From NCBI RefSeq assembly GCF_009914755.1, contig NC_060944.1: 64,000 nucleotides of DNA; one strand, 5' to 3'. Below, piece by piece: positions 1-13,225 of this stretch; position 1 is the first letter of the stretch, and the number at the start of each line of letters is the position of its first letter. The position numbers and the translations under genes are program-made. Source of the DNA: the human T2T-CHM13v2.0 reference genome, Homo sapiens. The notes below the pieces were generated by a model. It saw nothing but the letters and a program-made list of their open reading frames with translations, was not told the DNA's origin and ran no database searches.

Positions 1-477
1 CAAACATTCCCTTAATGTCAAACCACAGAATGTAGTATCCAAAAACAGAAGCCTACCTCTGATCATCATCCCTCTGTAAATGTACAAAAATAATTAACTA
101 AAATTCAGGTTATTAGAGAATCTCACTTTGTATAAGCACAAACCTTTTGTCAGAGTTGAAGCTAACATCTTGGCATACTAAATTTATTCAGGTGTTATTT
201 CTTCCCTCCTTATATTTAAAAACAAAGTCAAAGCTGTTACTATCAAATTATTAAGTGGCCAATTTCTCTTTAGCTCTTATTTTAAATTCTTTGTCAAGGT
301 AGTCTCTGTAGACTGTACCTCAGGGCACATTATAGCATTCCCTGATTCTTCAGGACTAAGACTGTCTCCTCCAACTTTCCCCATATATCATGCTATTTCT
401 GTTCTTCACCTGTAACCTCTGAGGATGGACCAAAAGTTATTCCTTAAATTCCTTAGCAGGAGCTGAGCGCATCCTTG

Positions 478-868
478 AGAGAAAGAGAGATGAGAGAGAG
501 AGAGAGAGAGAAGGGAGGGAGGGAGAGAGAGAAGGGAGGGAGAGAGAGAGAGGAGAGAGAGAGAGAGGAGGGAGAGAGAGAGGAGGGAGAGAGAGAGAGG
601 AGGGAGAGAGAGAGGAGGGAGAGAGAGAGAGGAGGGAGAGAGAGAGAGGAGGGAGAGAGAGAGAGGAGGGAGAGAGAGGAGGGAGAGAGAGAGGAGGGAG
701 AGAGAGAGGAGGGAGAGAGAGAGGAGGGAGAGAGAGAGAGGAGGGAGAGAGAGAGGAGGGAGAGAGAGAGAGGAGGAGGGAGAGAGAGAGAGGAGGGAGA
801 GAGAGAGAGAGGAGGGAGAGAGAGAGAGGAGGGAGAGAGAGAGAGAGGAGGGAGAGAGAGAGGAAGAA
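478..868 (+). repeat. (GA)n/GGAGGG polypurine minisatellite (VNTR-like)
   Basis: Only G/A from 492 to 868; units of GGAGGG plus variable (AG)n. Confidence 0.97.
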
Positions 869-3086
869 TAGAGGGTTGGAGGCAGAGAGATTTGGAGGAG
901 GGATGGGTGCCTGGTCTCTACCTTAAAAATGCAATCATTATCCTCCCTGAGCCCCTGCGTGGATGGCACTTCCAACCATGTGAAATGCCCTCTCCTTCCG
1001 ATGGGAATTTTGTGATAGTTTAGGAAATTGTGAATGGTCTGACAACATGGCTCCCTGTTGCATACTGGGCAACATCTAGTTATGACAGAAAGCTGGTTAT
1101 ATTAGATAAAGGCAGTAAAGAATCTTGAGAACTTTTGCTTGTTTGTCTGGGGGCTTTTGTGCTATCCTGAAGCAGGAACTGTGGAGTACGAACTGTATGA
1201 TGTCCTAGTAGACATGCCCTGCTATGCTGGCCCTTCTTTCTGATCCAAGAGTCAGGGAATATTGTCTAACAGGAATTTTCAGCAGTTGCTGTAATGCCAA
1301 ACATTGAAAATTTCAAGACCTTTTTACTCTTTCTATGGGATTTGTGGAAAGGAGTATTCAAAATTGTTATTGACTTAAAAAATCAAAAGTGTAGCTCATG
1401 AACACTAAACTTGAAATTACTGTAGTTGTGTATTTTAAAAATAAATTGCAACCAATTTTTATGACTCCATACCAAACAGCAATTTATCTTAGATGTTTTA
1501 AATTATTTATTCAGTAACACTCTCTGAATGCCATGCTACATAGAGAATGAATGGAAAATGTCAGAAGACCTGCTCTAACTTCCCTTTAGGATTGCCATGG
1601 GAAACGGAAAACACTTACCTGTAATTTCAATATATATGAAGCTCTGAGCATGTAAGCATGACCCTAAGCGAGTGTGAGAGGAAGAAGGAATAACAGAAAG
1701 AAGCAGTGACATGTAGCTGAGAGTGGGAGGAATGTTCTAGAGAGCATGAATAGATTGAATTGGACCCCAGATGTTATGGGGCCAGTCTTAATTTCAAATA
1801 TTCCCTCTTGCTCTTTAATTAAACACATTTGTGAATCAATTAAAAAAAAACAACAACAACCTTGTCGGGCCATGAATTTCTAATCTGGGTTCACAAACAT
1901 GTTCAGCCAAATTAAAAAAAAAAAAAAAAGTGGTGGGCACAGTAACTCTTGAATGGTGGTGGAACTATAATATGGAAGGTCCTGAACAACAGCTTTTTTA
2001 AAAAAAGAACCCCCATTCTGGAGTCCACAGGTAATACAATGTTTTGAGTAGGCATAGTTGTAGAATTGCCAGAGATGAGAGGATCTCTAAGACAGTCCGT
2101 GGAAAAATGACTTGCCAACATTTATGTAGAAGAGGCAATGAACTGGGAGGACCCAGAGAGGAGCCTGAATTTTAACTTGTTGTGGGCCGATTGAAAAATA
2201 ATATAATAATTAAATGCTTGACCTGCAGAATGCATGATGTAGTTTAACTCTCATTTCCCCCACTTCCTAAGAGTGCAACTTTAGGAGAGTTTCCTTATCT
2301 TTAAAATAGAAATCCTGTTAATACCCAGATTATAGAATTGCCTAAAATAATCTGTGCGACATAAATTTTAGTTATTTATACCATGAAGACAATATTTCAG
2401 GAAAGAAAGCCTAAACATTCTCACTTGACTGCCCGTCTATCTTCCCTTTGTCAGACTCAATACATCAGGGGTAGAAATCAAAATTAGCATGAAGGACTGA
2501 GCAGGATTTTGCCCCCTTTTCCCATTCCCTCCAGAATGCCATTGATGATTTATGGAAGTTCTAGTAGTGAAAGATTGGAGAGAAAAAAAAAGGAAAAATG
2601 GGAATGATAAGGTGAGATATCCTGAACCAAGGCAAAAAATTATTACAAGGAAAAGAAAGTGTAATAGGGGATGGGAAGCTGGCAGAAGGACACTGGATCG
2701 TGTGTTTTCACTACACCACTTATTTTGGAAAAGATGTGGAAAATTGCAGAGTTCAAAAATTACTGTCCCAGCTATGATTCACTAAAGAAGTCACTCTTGG
2801 CCACATAGACCCTGGCTTTTTTTCAGAGGTCATGTTTACACATAATTTATAAAGTTCTAACATGCCGTTGAAAGTTTCTCTGGCATATTTAGAAATGTCT
2901 GGAAGAGCAGTTCTCACCATTTCGCTCTGCCTGCCTTTGATTTCTGCCTATGTTTTAATTCAATAAGTGTTTATTGTGCTTAGGGCAAAGAAGGGCTCCA
3001 GTTTTGTGTGCTGTGAACTGCAAAGCTGGAGCCCTCTGGAGAATTCAGTTCCTGCCATGTCTGCCACCTGATTCTCACCTGGCAAG

Positions 3087-3272
3087 TTTTATTTTTAATT
3101 TTTTGAGACAAGGTCTTGCTCTGTTGCCCAGGTTGGAGTGAAGTGGTGCAATCTCAGCTCACTGCAACCTCTCCTGTGCTCAAGCTATCCTCCCACCTCA
3201 GCCTCCCAAGTAGCTGCTCACCTTGGCCTCCTAAAGTGATGGGATTACAGATGTGAGCCACTGCATCCAGCC
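3087..3272 (-). mobile_element. AluJ-like element with internal deletion
   Basis: T-rich tail, right arm, then jump from 'gtagctg' to left-arm 'ctcaccttggcctcc'. Confidence 0.85.
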
Positions 3273-3800
3273 CTGGTAAGTCTTCAATAATGAAGAAATG
3301 TCTGTGCTGTGGACTCTGGATGTCTGAGCATCGCTTATCCAGCCCTTCACATTGGTCCTCTTCATTTTCTGGGTCATAAATGGGGAGAAGATTTTACAGA
3401 TGCTTTGAAGGAAGGTCAGCAGGTCTGGTGTATGATGAAATCCCATCCCGCCGCTCTTCTTCTCTTGTGATTTGATACCATGGAAGGAAGATGCCTTCTG
3501 CAAAGGCACCTGTCTCATTTCTAGGCAGTTCTAGTTGCTAACAGGCTCTTCCTTAAAATCTGGGTCTAATATTTGCTTATTGCTGCTGGATCTCATTAGA
3601 ATAATTTGATTTCTTTTTTTTTGCATAAAGAGAGATTAATTTGGAGTTTCCATTTCTCTCCTTGGTTGTTTCTTCCTCCTTCTAAACCTACCCAATTCCT
3701 TCAACAGTTTCTCGCAAGACAACGTCAACACTGTTTCCTCTTTTCAATATTTGAACATTGTCCTGTCATCAATAAATAGTATAGTATTATAACTAAAGGA

Positions 3801-3866
3801 ATATATATTTACACATATATATACACACACACATATATATATACACACACTTATGTGTATATGTAT
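3801..3866. repeat. (TA)n/(CA)n compound microsatellite
   Basis: Direct reading. Confidence 0.85.
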
Positions 3867-3870
3867 AATT

Positions 3871-3983
3871 CTTTTTTTAAAAGAGACAGACAGGGCTGGT
3901 CTCAAGCTCCTGCCCTCAAGCAATCCTCCCCCTTGGCCTCCCAAAATGCTGAAATTAGAGGTGTGAGCCACTATGCCTACCCA
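3871..3983 (-). mobile_element. FLAM/AluJ left-monomer fragment
   Basis: 'ggctggtctcaagctcctgccctcaagcaatcctccc...gtgagccact'. Confidence 0.8.
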
Positions 3984-4106
3984 GGATGATCTTGATAGGT
4001 AAACTAGACTTTCACATACATGAGCATGCACTTTCAAAAACTAGTTTCTTTCTGAAAGTCTGTTGACTTGCAGAGGTGATAATTTCAATTGTCTGATCAA
4101 TTTTCT

Positions 4107-4393
4107 TATTTTTGAGACAGAGTGTCACTCTATCGCCCAGGCTGGAGTGCAATGGAGCGATCTCGCTCACTGCAACCTCCGCCTCTTGGGTTCAGGCAAT
4201 TCTCCTGCCTCAGCCACCCAAGTAGCTGGGATTACAGGTGACCGTCACCATGCTCAGCTAATTTTTGTATTTTTAGTAGAGACGGGGTTTCACCATGTTG
4301 GCCAGGGTGGTCTCGAATTCCTGACCTCAGGTGTTCGGCCCGCCTCAGCCTCCCAAAGTGCTGGGATTACAGACATGAGCCACCGCGCCTGAC
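4107..4393 (-). mobile_element. AluS (Sx-like), full length
   Basis: Dimeric Alu; perfect 17-bp TSD tgtctgatcaattttct at 4090-4106 and 4394-4410. Confidence 0.95.
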
Positions 4394-5999
4394 TGTCTGA
4401 TCAATTTTCTAAGGAAAATCCCATGGGCCTGATTTAGAGTTTGCCATTCTGCTTTCCAAAGAGGTTTCTGATGACCAATGCAATTTGAATATGCATTAGA
4501 TTTTTTCAAAAAGGAGTTTCTGGCTTTGGGGAAAATTATTTAATATTATTAGTTTCTTTGTATCAATATCAAAGTGGGCTCCTTTATTCGTTTATTCATT
4601 CACCTGTTCATCAAATGTTTACCGAGTGACTGACACATACTAGGCTAGAAACTGTAAAATGTGAATAATGCTCCTGCTAGTCACCAAAAGCTCCCCTGGC
4701 CTCAGTTGGCTCTGTCCTTTCATGGATAAAGCTCCTTCTGCTGTTCAAGCTGCTTTCATCTGTGCTATGGCATTTGAACCACCTGACACTGGAATCTGCA
4801 GGAGCAGAAGGGCTGAAGTTCTCACCTGAGAACTGAGTTAACTGAAACCCAGAGTGTTAAAGGCATTTGACCTTTGTCCCATCCTATCCACCAGACCATG
4901 CAAGCAAAGAAATGTAAAGTCACCAAAGCCAGTTTGGCATTGAGCAAAACAGTCCATACTTTGAAACCAAAAGTAATGTGAGAAGGTTTAAAACTTACAA
5001 ATGAGTTATTTTTTATATTTTTGAGTGGAGTATGTTACTCTCCATACATCCCAGAGACTACTTCTGGTGTTCACTGAATAGGAGCAACTCTTGGGGAAAT
5101 ATTTAGAGGTTGTTATTATATGTCCTGATACCTCTGAGATAGTAGCATATTTTGTGTGTGTGTGATTTGGCAACAAATGTATCTATAGGACATTTTTCTA
5201 GCCACTTCAACTTTGGGAACAAAGACAAAGACCTGAGAGACTCAAAAATTCATTGAGCAGCTAATTGGACATTACAAATCCTATGACTAAATTTTAGAGA
5301 GGATTCTGCAAATGCAAGAAATAGCAAAATGTGGTTTACACATTATCCTTAAGATGGCAGGGAAGAATTTAATAAATTTTAAAAGATGGTTAATAGATAT
5401 ACATTTTAATGGCATTAAAAAGTGGAAATCTTCACTTATGTATAAAAATTACTAAGGCAGAAGGATTTTGGATACATTAGCTGTTACAATGATCTATTTA
5501 GTGGAACACAAAGGAAGCTAGAATTGAAATTGAAGCGTTGGAAGGAGAGAGATAGCAGTTGATACTGGTCCAGAAGGAGTTTTGTTTTTTTGTTATTTTA
5601 AGTGATGTTGCTAAGTAAAAGGATTTTTGAACTACAAGACTTGAGGCTTCTCCCTACCCTTTGAAGCTGTGATTTTTGCCTGTGGCTATGCCATCTTTTA
5701 CCTGAATTTCATCACTATCCTTCCACTCCATCATTAAGCACATTACTTGGCAGATAGGTAAACTATTTTCAAACAAATGCCACTAAAATGCAAATGAGAT
5801 TCCTAAACATCACTAACTTTACATGACATTGCATATAATAAAATTTTAGAACTGTAAAATAATAAACCCGAGAGCTATTGTATAAGAGAATTTGGACTGT
5901 GTTCAAGTTATCTGAAGCCCAATACTGTTATCCACCTGGGCTGAGCCTGACTTCCCAAGAGCTTTGGCACTGACGTAGGGGGTCTTGAGCTAATTAGTC

Positions 6000-6780
6000 A
6001 ATTCTTGCCAGAGGCCAGGGATTAAATCATGTTTCCTGGAAACTGTATAAATCTATAGATCTGTTTCCAAAGGCTTGTACTTCTCAATAGTGTCACCAAT
6101 TTGCAAAGTGGCAAGGTATTTTTTTCAGCTTGAGTATAAAGGGAGAAAAAGCATATGGTTGGATTGATCTGGAGTTTGGAGGTGCAGTAAAAGGACAGGC
6201 AATAAGAAGTTAATAGGTAAGTTGGAAGTGGAAAAAAATATTGAGTGAGGGAGTGAAAGACTGAGGAAGATGGAAGAATGTGCTCAGAGAGAAGGGTATT
6301 TGGAAATAAAAATGTGGAAGTGGAACAATGCTGAAATTTGATATGGCTACAGAAGTAGATTAGCAAAAGGCAGTAGAAGTTTTAGTCATTGGATCTAGGG
6401 AGACAGAGAATCATAGGTACCTGATAATGACTGTGTTGTCTACTTGGATGTTGTCAATTGGTAAGAGGTATGGGATCTAAGAAGACGGTGATCCAATTTC
6501 CAAAGTCTTCAGTGAATGAGGGAAATATTCTAGGAACCAGTAGGTGCCAACCCTGCAGAGGGACAGGGAATGATGGCATTAAGTGCCATGAGGCTTTGTG
6601 GAAAGGAGGTTTTGCAGGAGGTTGTAAGGCAGTGAGGAGAAAGGAGAATGGCTGAACTGGTCCATGAGTGGTGGGAGATTGAACAGTCTGCCCTTAGGAA
6701 AGGGTAAAGGAGTGAACTTGAAAAGGGCAAGTTTACTTGAGTTGGGAGGTGGTGGGTGTAGAATACATCTGACCTCCAGT
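6000..6780 (-). mobile_element. Old L2 LINE internal (ORF/endonuclease-region) fragment
   Basis: Reverse complement 'ccctcattcactgaagactttggaaattggatcaccgtcttc' resembles the L2 ORF region; purine-rich + strand. Confidence 0.5.
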
Positions 6781-6794
6781 TCTCCAGTTTCTTT

Positions 6795-7582
6795 TTCTTT
6801 TTCTTTTTTTAAATTATACTTTAAGTTCTAGGATACATGTGCAGAACATGCAGGTTTATTACACAGGTAGACATGTGCCATGGCAGTTTGCTGCACCCAT
6901 CAACCCGTCATCTACATTAGGTATTTCTCCTAATGCTATCCCTCCCCTAGTCCCCCACCCCCTGACAGGCCCCTGGTGTATGATATTCCCCTCCCTGTGT
7001 CCATGTGTTCTCATTGTTATGAGTGACAACATGTGGTGTTTGATTTTCTGTTCCTGTGTTAGTTTGCTGAGAATGATGGTTTCCAGCTTCATCCATGTCC
7101 CTGCAAAGGACATGAACTCATCGTTTTTTATGGCTGCATAGTATTCCATGGTGTATATGTGCCACATTTTCTTTATCCAGCCTATCACTGATGGGCATTT
7201 GGGTTGGTTCCAAGTCTTTGCTATTGTAAACAGTGCTGCAATAAACATACGTGTGCATGTGTCTTTATAGTAGAATGATTTATAATCTTTTGTGTATATA
7301 CCCAGTAATGGGATGGCTGGGTCAAATGGTATTTCTGGTTCTAGATTCTTGAGGAATCTCCCACACTGTCTTCCACAGTGGTTGAACTAATTTACACTCC
7401 CACCAACATGTAAAAGCCTTCCTATTTCTCCACATCCTTTCCAGCATCTGTTGTTTCCTGACTTTTTAATAATCGCCATTCTAACTGGCGTGAGATGGTA
7501 TCTCATTGTGGTTTTGATTTGCATTTCTCTGATGACCAGTGATGATGAGCTTTTTTTCATATATTTGTTGACCACATAAATT
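6795..7582 (-). mobile_element. 5'-truncated L1PA (about PA6-PA8): ORF2 C-terminus plus 3'UTR
   Basis: ORF track gives ORF2p fragments ([20 protein letters not shown]; MFIAALFTIAKTWNQPKCP); T-rich tail; TSD cagtttcttt at 6785-6794 and 7583-7592. Confidence 0.95.
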
Positions 7583-8034
7583 CAGTTTCTTTAATCCATA
7601 AGCAATGTAGGATCTGTTTTCGAAGTTTCGACTTCTCAACATCATCTACAGCAGAGTAGCCAGTGCTACACCCTGCAAATAAAGAGATCTGGTTACTTGG
7701 TTTTAACACCTTGTTTGAAAATCAGCAGCCTGAATCGGCAAGCCTCATCCTTCCCCATCATGTCCCACAGCTGTGAATTCCCCAGTTAATTATATGTTGG
7801 GTAATGAGGACTTGCTTTTATCTGTACTAAATTTTAGTTTTAAGCCCTATTAATGGGCTTTCATTTTGGCACTTGTGGGAAAGGGGCAGTGAAGAGGCCT
7901 ATTAAATTTTCTCTTGGGTTTTTATATCCTTCCTTCCAAAGAGGAATAATAAAAATTTCCTTCCTTACTTCTCTTGTAACATTCTTTTTGTTTTAACCCA
8001 GATGCCTTTCCACCATTTCTGTATTCCAAGTATG

Positions 8035-8200
8035 CCACTTATTAGTTCTTGAGCTTCTCTGTGCCTCAGTTTTCTTGTTTATAAAGTAATGACAATAATG
8101 TGATTTACCTCAGAGGGTTGTTTGAGATACAAGTGAGGTATTTGCAAAAGGAATAATAAGAATGGCAATAGTAAAGCCCCATTAAATTGTTTGTTAAATA
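8035..8200 (+). mobile_element. MIR fragment
   Basis: Core 'ctctgtgcctcagttttcttgtttataaa...acctcagagggttgtt'. Confidence 0.7.
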
Positions 8201-9759
8201 AAAATACTTTTATAAAAAGTATTGGTTTTAGTTAACACCCATAGCTTTTGGTTAAAAGTATTTGGTCCTTGTTTTGGTTAAAAACAAAGCAACAAAACCT
8301 TGCTGGGAACTTGGCCATAGCAGTATAAAGCTATTGTCTAGCGTTGTCCTCTTAAAAATGAAATGCTTCTTCTTGGGGCTCCCCATTGTGGTTCTGCAGA
8401 CTCGAATATCTCCAGTGAAATCTTGTGAACAAATACATCCTCAGTATCACTCTCATAACTTCCTCTGCCACTATCACCCCAGGCCACTTCTCTCTATGAT
8501 GTCTCACACTTATTCCAGCCAAAGATTAGGAATTTCAATCAAAGTCTTAGTAGTGGATTAGGAAGCCTTCTGCTTTGGTGTGCTGTACCAAAGCCTCTCA
8601 AGGCTGGTAGTTGGGCCATTAAAGGGCCTTCGCTGAACTTAATTGTCAACCCACTTCCTAACCAAACCTCTAACTCAATTAGCACTTATTTGACTGTCTA
8701 AATCTTTGGCTTGAAGCACCCTGCCAGTTTGGGTGGGAGCTTTTGGTATGAAAGACACCCTTTTCCTGGGAACTCAGCCTGGACAAACCAATTCATTTCA
8801 CACTCCTTTCCAGCCGCCTACAAATGGGAAGCAAATCTTCATCCCAGTTTGTGTTCTGGGATTGCAGCCAGCAAGCTGATATATCCCATCAGCCCATCTC
8901 TTAAGTTACCTGGTCTTTTCAAATGTATAATGACTTTTGAATAACACTTTTGCTTTGAATAACCAATTCATTGAGAGACTTCCCTTGCTCTCTGGCAGCA
9001 CCTTTGAGGGGAGTGACATTTTTTGAAGATGATGTTTGTGTCCCTCTTAAGACCCTTTTATAACTTGAGCGTTGAAGATTGTTGAGCAAACAAGTACAGC
9101 CTTGGGTTTTGTACTAACGTTTTATGACTGGTGAATTCAGTGACCTTCTCGTTAGGCTTTGATCTTAATTATTTTAAATATCATAGGGTCTGATTCACAA
9201 GGCAGTAACGGCAGGTCATTATTCCTGGCATGATTAGTCTAGGTTAGAAATTAGCTTTGAGGCCCCCCGGCACTATGCTCTAATACTTTCTGAAATGGAA
9301 CACCTGTGTAATGGCTGCACAATCATTTGGTTAAATCAGTCTCTAATTTAATGAGCTCTGACTTCACATTTTTGTTGTGATTTTTAAGAGTTAAATATGC
9401 ATGCATAGCTTTACATTTGCCATGTCGTATGATTTTCTTGTATATTGTTGTATGCTCACCTAGTGTACCTTATTGCTACTAATTTGTGTAAGAAACTTTT
9501 ACATAGATAAGCACCTGTACATTGAAGAATCAGTCTTTAAGATAAACAAAATAGAAATGCATAGTAATCTACCTGTACATCAACTTGCTGGCTAGAATGT
9601 AAAGAGCAGCAGAAGAACACACTCATGATTCATCCTCAGAAATCTTGGATGAAGTCACAGTGAATATGAGGCTTTAGCATCTACTCCAGAGGTTCAAAAT
9701 TTGACATGGCCAACTGACGTTTAGTAGGTTTCTGTTTCATATTTTGATTTCTGAACTGT

Positions 9760-9868
9760 TTGCATCACCTGGGAGCTTAGAAATGCATAATCTCAGGCTT
9801 AACCAGAATCTGCCTTTTAACACTATCCTCAGGTGATTTGTAGGTAAAGTGAAGTTTGAGAAACACTA
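9760..9868. mobile_element. MER5A-like hAT-Charlie fossil
   Basis: 'atcacctgggagcttagaaatgca...ttttaaca...caggtgatt...aagtttgagaaacact'. Confidence 0.7.
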
Positions 9869-9991
9869 ATTAGCTCATGTTCTTTAAGCTGATATTGAAT
9901 TCTGCCCCCATTGTTAGTATGAAAGGGCAAAATTCCTAGAAAGATCAAATCAAGCAATACTAAGAAAAGCTAATATAATTTGTATTTCTGA

Positions 9992-10357
<366 letters not shown>

Positions 10358-11146
10358 TAAGCCCTCGTCAAGTCTTGCCTGAATTATTGCAGAAGCCTGC
10401 TAAGTTGTTGTCTTGTTTTTACCTTACTACTCACTACTCATCTCTCTCTCTGCTTAACACCTTTTGTTGGCTCCCCATGTTACTCAAAGTAAAATAAAAA
10501 ATAATCCATTACACATAGATATGGTCTACCCAAGAATTTAAAGCTAATGAGCACTCTTAGAATTATGTGAATTCTTCCTGGAGTGGGGTGGATATTGGCC
10601 ATCAACCAGATATCCATTTCCCTAATCATATTTTAATACAGAGTTACTTTTCATTTTCCCAAATCTTTGAAACTACTGGGGTTGATGTTACTGAACTTAC
10701 CTTGCTAGATAAGGTAAGGGGTTGCTACTGGCTGCTTACTCCTCCTTGCTTAGAATTCTAGGAAATCAGGATTGTGGGAGGGAGGGAAGCATGCTGAAAT
10801 AGTGTGTTGGAGGTGTGGTGCCTATAATTTGGCTGCTGCTGGAACAACTATTTTGGGTAATCTCCTGTTACGCTGATACAGTTGCACTCGTTGTCCTATC
10901 CTCTCGCTACCTTTGTCTCCTTCCTGCTTGCTATATAGTTTTTCTTTCTTCACATTTTCGATCTACTTTCTTTTTCTTCTTTATTTGCTTTCATGCCTTC
11001 ATGTGTCCTTGAGAACTGAAGCATATTTTGAATTGCTGACTATATTCAAATGTCTTTTATATTCCCTTTTCTGATTTTAAAGAAAATTTGAATTATTATT
11101 TATATTTCTTTAAGTATATACTCTAGCCTAAAAAATGAAGTGTTTT

Positions 11147-11456
<310 letters not shown>

Positions 11457-11557
11457 TTAGCAAGTTAATGGATCTAAAAAGACAAAAACTCCCATCTCGG
11501 CCCTGAATATTCAACTGTATTTGAGCAAATACTATGCAATTAGTTCACTCATGGGGA

Positions 11558-12190
11558 TGTTACCGGAAAGGAATCTCGATCCTGAACCCAAGAGAGGGTT
11601 CTTGGATCTCACACAAGGGAGAATTTGGAGGGAGTCCATACAGTAAAGTGAAAGCAAGTTTATTAAGAAAGTAAAGGAATAAAGAATGGCTACTCCATAG
11701 GCAGAGCAGCAGCATGGGCTGCTGGTTGGCCATTTTTATGGTTATTTCTTTATTATATGCTAAACAAGGGGTGGATTATTCATGAGTTTTCCAGGAAAGG
11801 GGTGGTCAATTTCCAGAACTGAGGGTTCCTTCCCTTTTTAGATCATATAGGGTATCTTCCTGACGTTGCCATGGCGTTTGTAAACTGTCATGGTGCTGTG
11901 TGAATGTCTTTTAGCATGCTAATGCATTATAATTAGTGTATCATGAGCAGTGAGGATGAACAGAGGTCACGTTCCTTGCCATCTTGGTTTTGGCGGGAAT
12001 TGGCTGGCTTCTTTATGGCACACTGTTACATCAGCAAGGTCTATGTGACCCGTATCTTGTGCTGACCACCTATCTCACCTTGTGACTAAGAGTGCCTTAA
12101 CCTCCTGGGAGTGCAGCCCAGTAGGTCTCAGCTTTATTTTACCCAGCTCCTATTCAAGATGGAGTCGCTCTGGTTTAAATGCCTCTGAGA
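11558..12190 (-). mobile_element. Solo LTR MER41B (ERV1), full length, 633 bp
   Basis: Reverse complement begins TCTCAGAGGCATTTAAACCAGAGCGACTCCATCTTGAATAGG (MER41 5' end); 4-bp TSD GGGA at 11554-11557 and 12191-12194. Confidence 0.9.
11789..11797. promoter_or_regulatory. GAS/STAT motif TTCCAGGAA inside MER41B
   Basis: Matches TTCN3GAA; second degenerate site TTTCCAGAA at 11810-11818. Confidence 0.6.
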
Positions 12191-12302
12191 GGGACACCTG
12201 TCTGTGACCAGTAAGTAACATTCTGTGAGTCCAAGTTTTTGCTTTGGTTTGAGCAAACTCAATCAAGAATCATTTGAGTACTGAGTAGATTATATATTGT
12301 AA

Positions 12303-12788
12303 TGTTATAGATGGCAGCAACAATATCTTCCATCCCACAGTCTAGAATCTTGACACTCCATTATTGCCATTAAGAGGTGAAGTATGTGTCCTCTTTCCTT
12401 GAAACTGGATGGGCCCTTATAACTGTATCAATGACTAAAGTAAAATGAAAGCAAACACTGTGTGACTTCTGAGGCTAGCTCATAAGAATGTCATGTGCTT
12501 CAGAACATCTGGGATGTTCACCAGGCAGCCCATGGTGAGGCTACGTTGAGGGGAATCATATCCCCCAGCTCACAGCCCCAGCTAAGCTCCCTGCCATCCA
12601 GCACAATCTTGAGCCAGGCCTGCATCAGCCATCTCCAAACTGGTACCTCCAGCCCCTAGTTAAACCACATGGAGCAGAGATGAGCAGTCCCTGACAAACC
12701 AAAACTACATATTCCTGTGCAAAATATACAATTGTTTTAAGCTACCAAATTTTAGGATGATTAATCACGCAGGAAGAGATCTAATACA
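12303..12788 (+). mobile_element. MLT1-family (ERVL-MaLR) LTR
   Basis: tgt...aca ends; 'tgtgacttctgaggctag', 'tggagcagagatgagc', 'ttgttttaagc'. Confidence 0.7.
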
Positions 12789-13225
12789 AATTTATATAAA
12801 TTAATATTTTATTTTTGAATTTATCCAAAGAGGTTGAAAACCATTAAAGATCAAATATTGCAAATCACTTATTTTAAAATGGGAGCCACCCACAAGGAAT
12901 AGACCCTGTCTCACTTTTTTCTGAAGCATTTACATTGCCCCAGGGTCATAATTTAAATGCAAACTCCTTGGAACTCTGTCCAGGATTAGCTTAATTTTCT
13001 AACAACCTATCACATGAGTATAAATAATGTGCTATTATTCTCAGACCTATCTCAGGCTCCTAGAAACAATAGTGAAGGCCTTTGAGATGCTTCACATCAG
13101 GAATGAAAGTGGCAAGTGTGAATTCCAAGCTCAGTCACCACCATCATCTGGGCAGCGTTAGCTTTCTGAAGGCCAGGCAGTGCCTTAAATAAGACATGAT
13201 CTAAAAGGTAGTGGATCTGTTTCCT

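Noticed and set aside
406-1023. 189-aa and 182-aa ORFs (SL-rich and RE-rich)
   Set aside because: Translations of the GA repeat; the absence of stop codons is compositional
4063-4392. Alu-derived ORFs (also at 10097, 11128, 14336, 33706, 35741, 38855, 40050, 44677, 50440, 56462, 59432)
   Set aside because: Typical Alu translation artefacts
6859-7575. ORFs with clear protein similarity
   Set aside because: Broken L1 ORF2p C-terminal fragments of a 5'-truncated, non-autonomous L1
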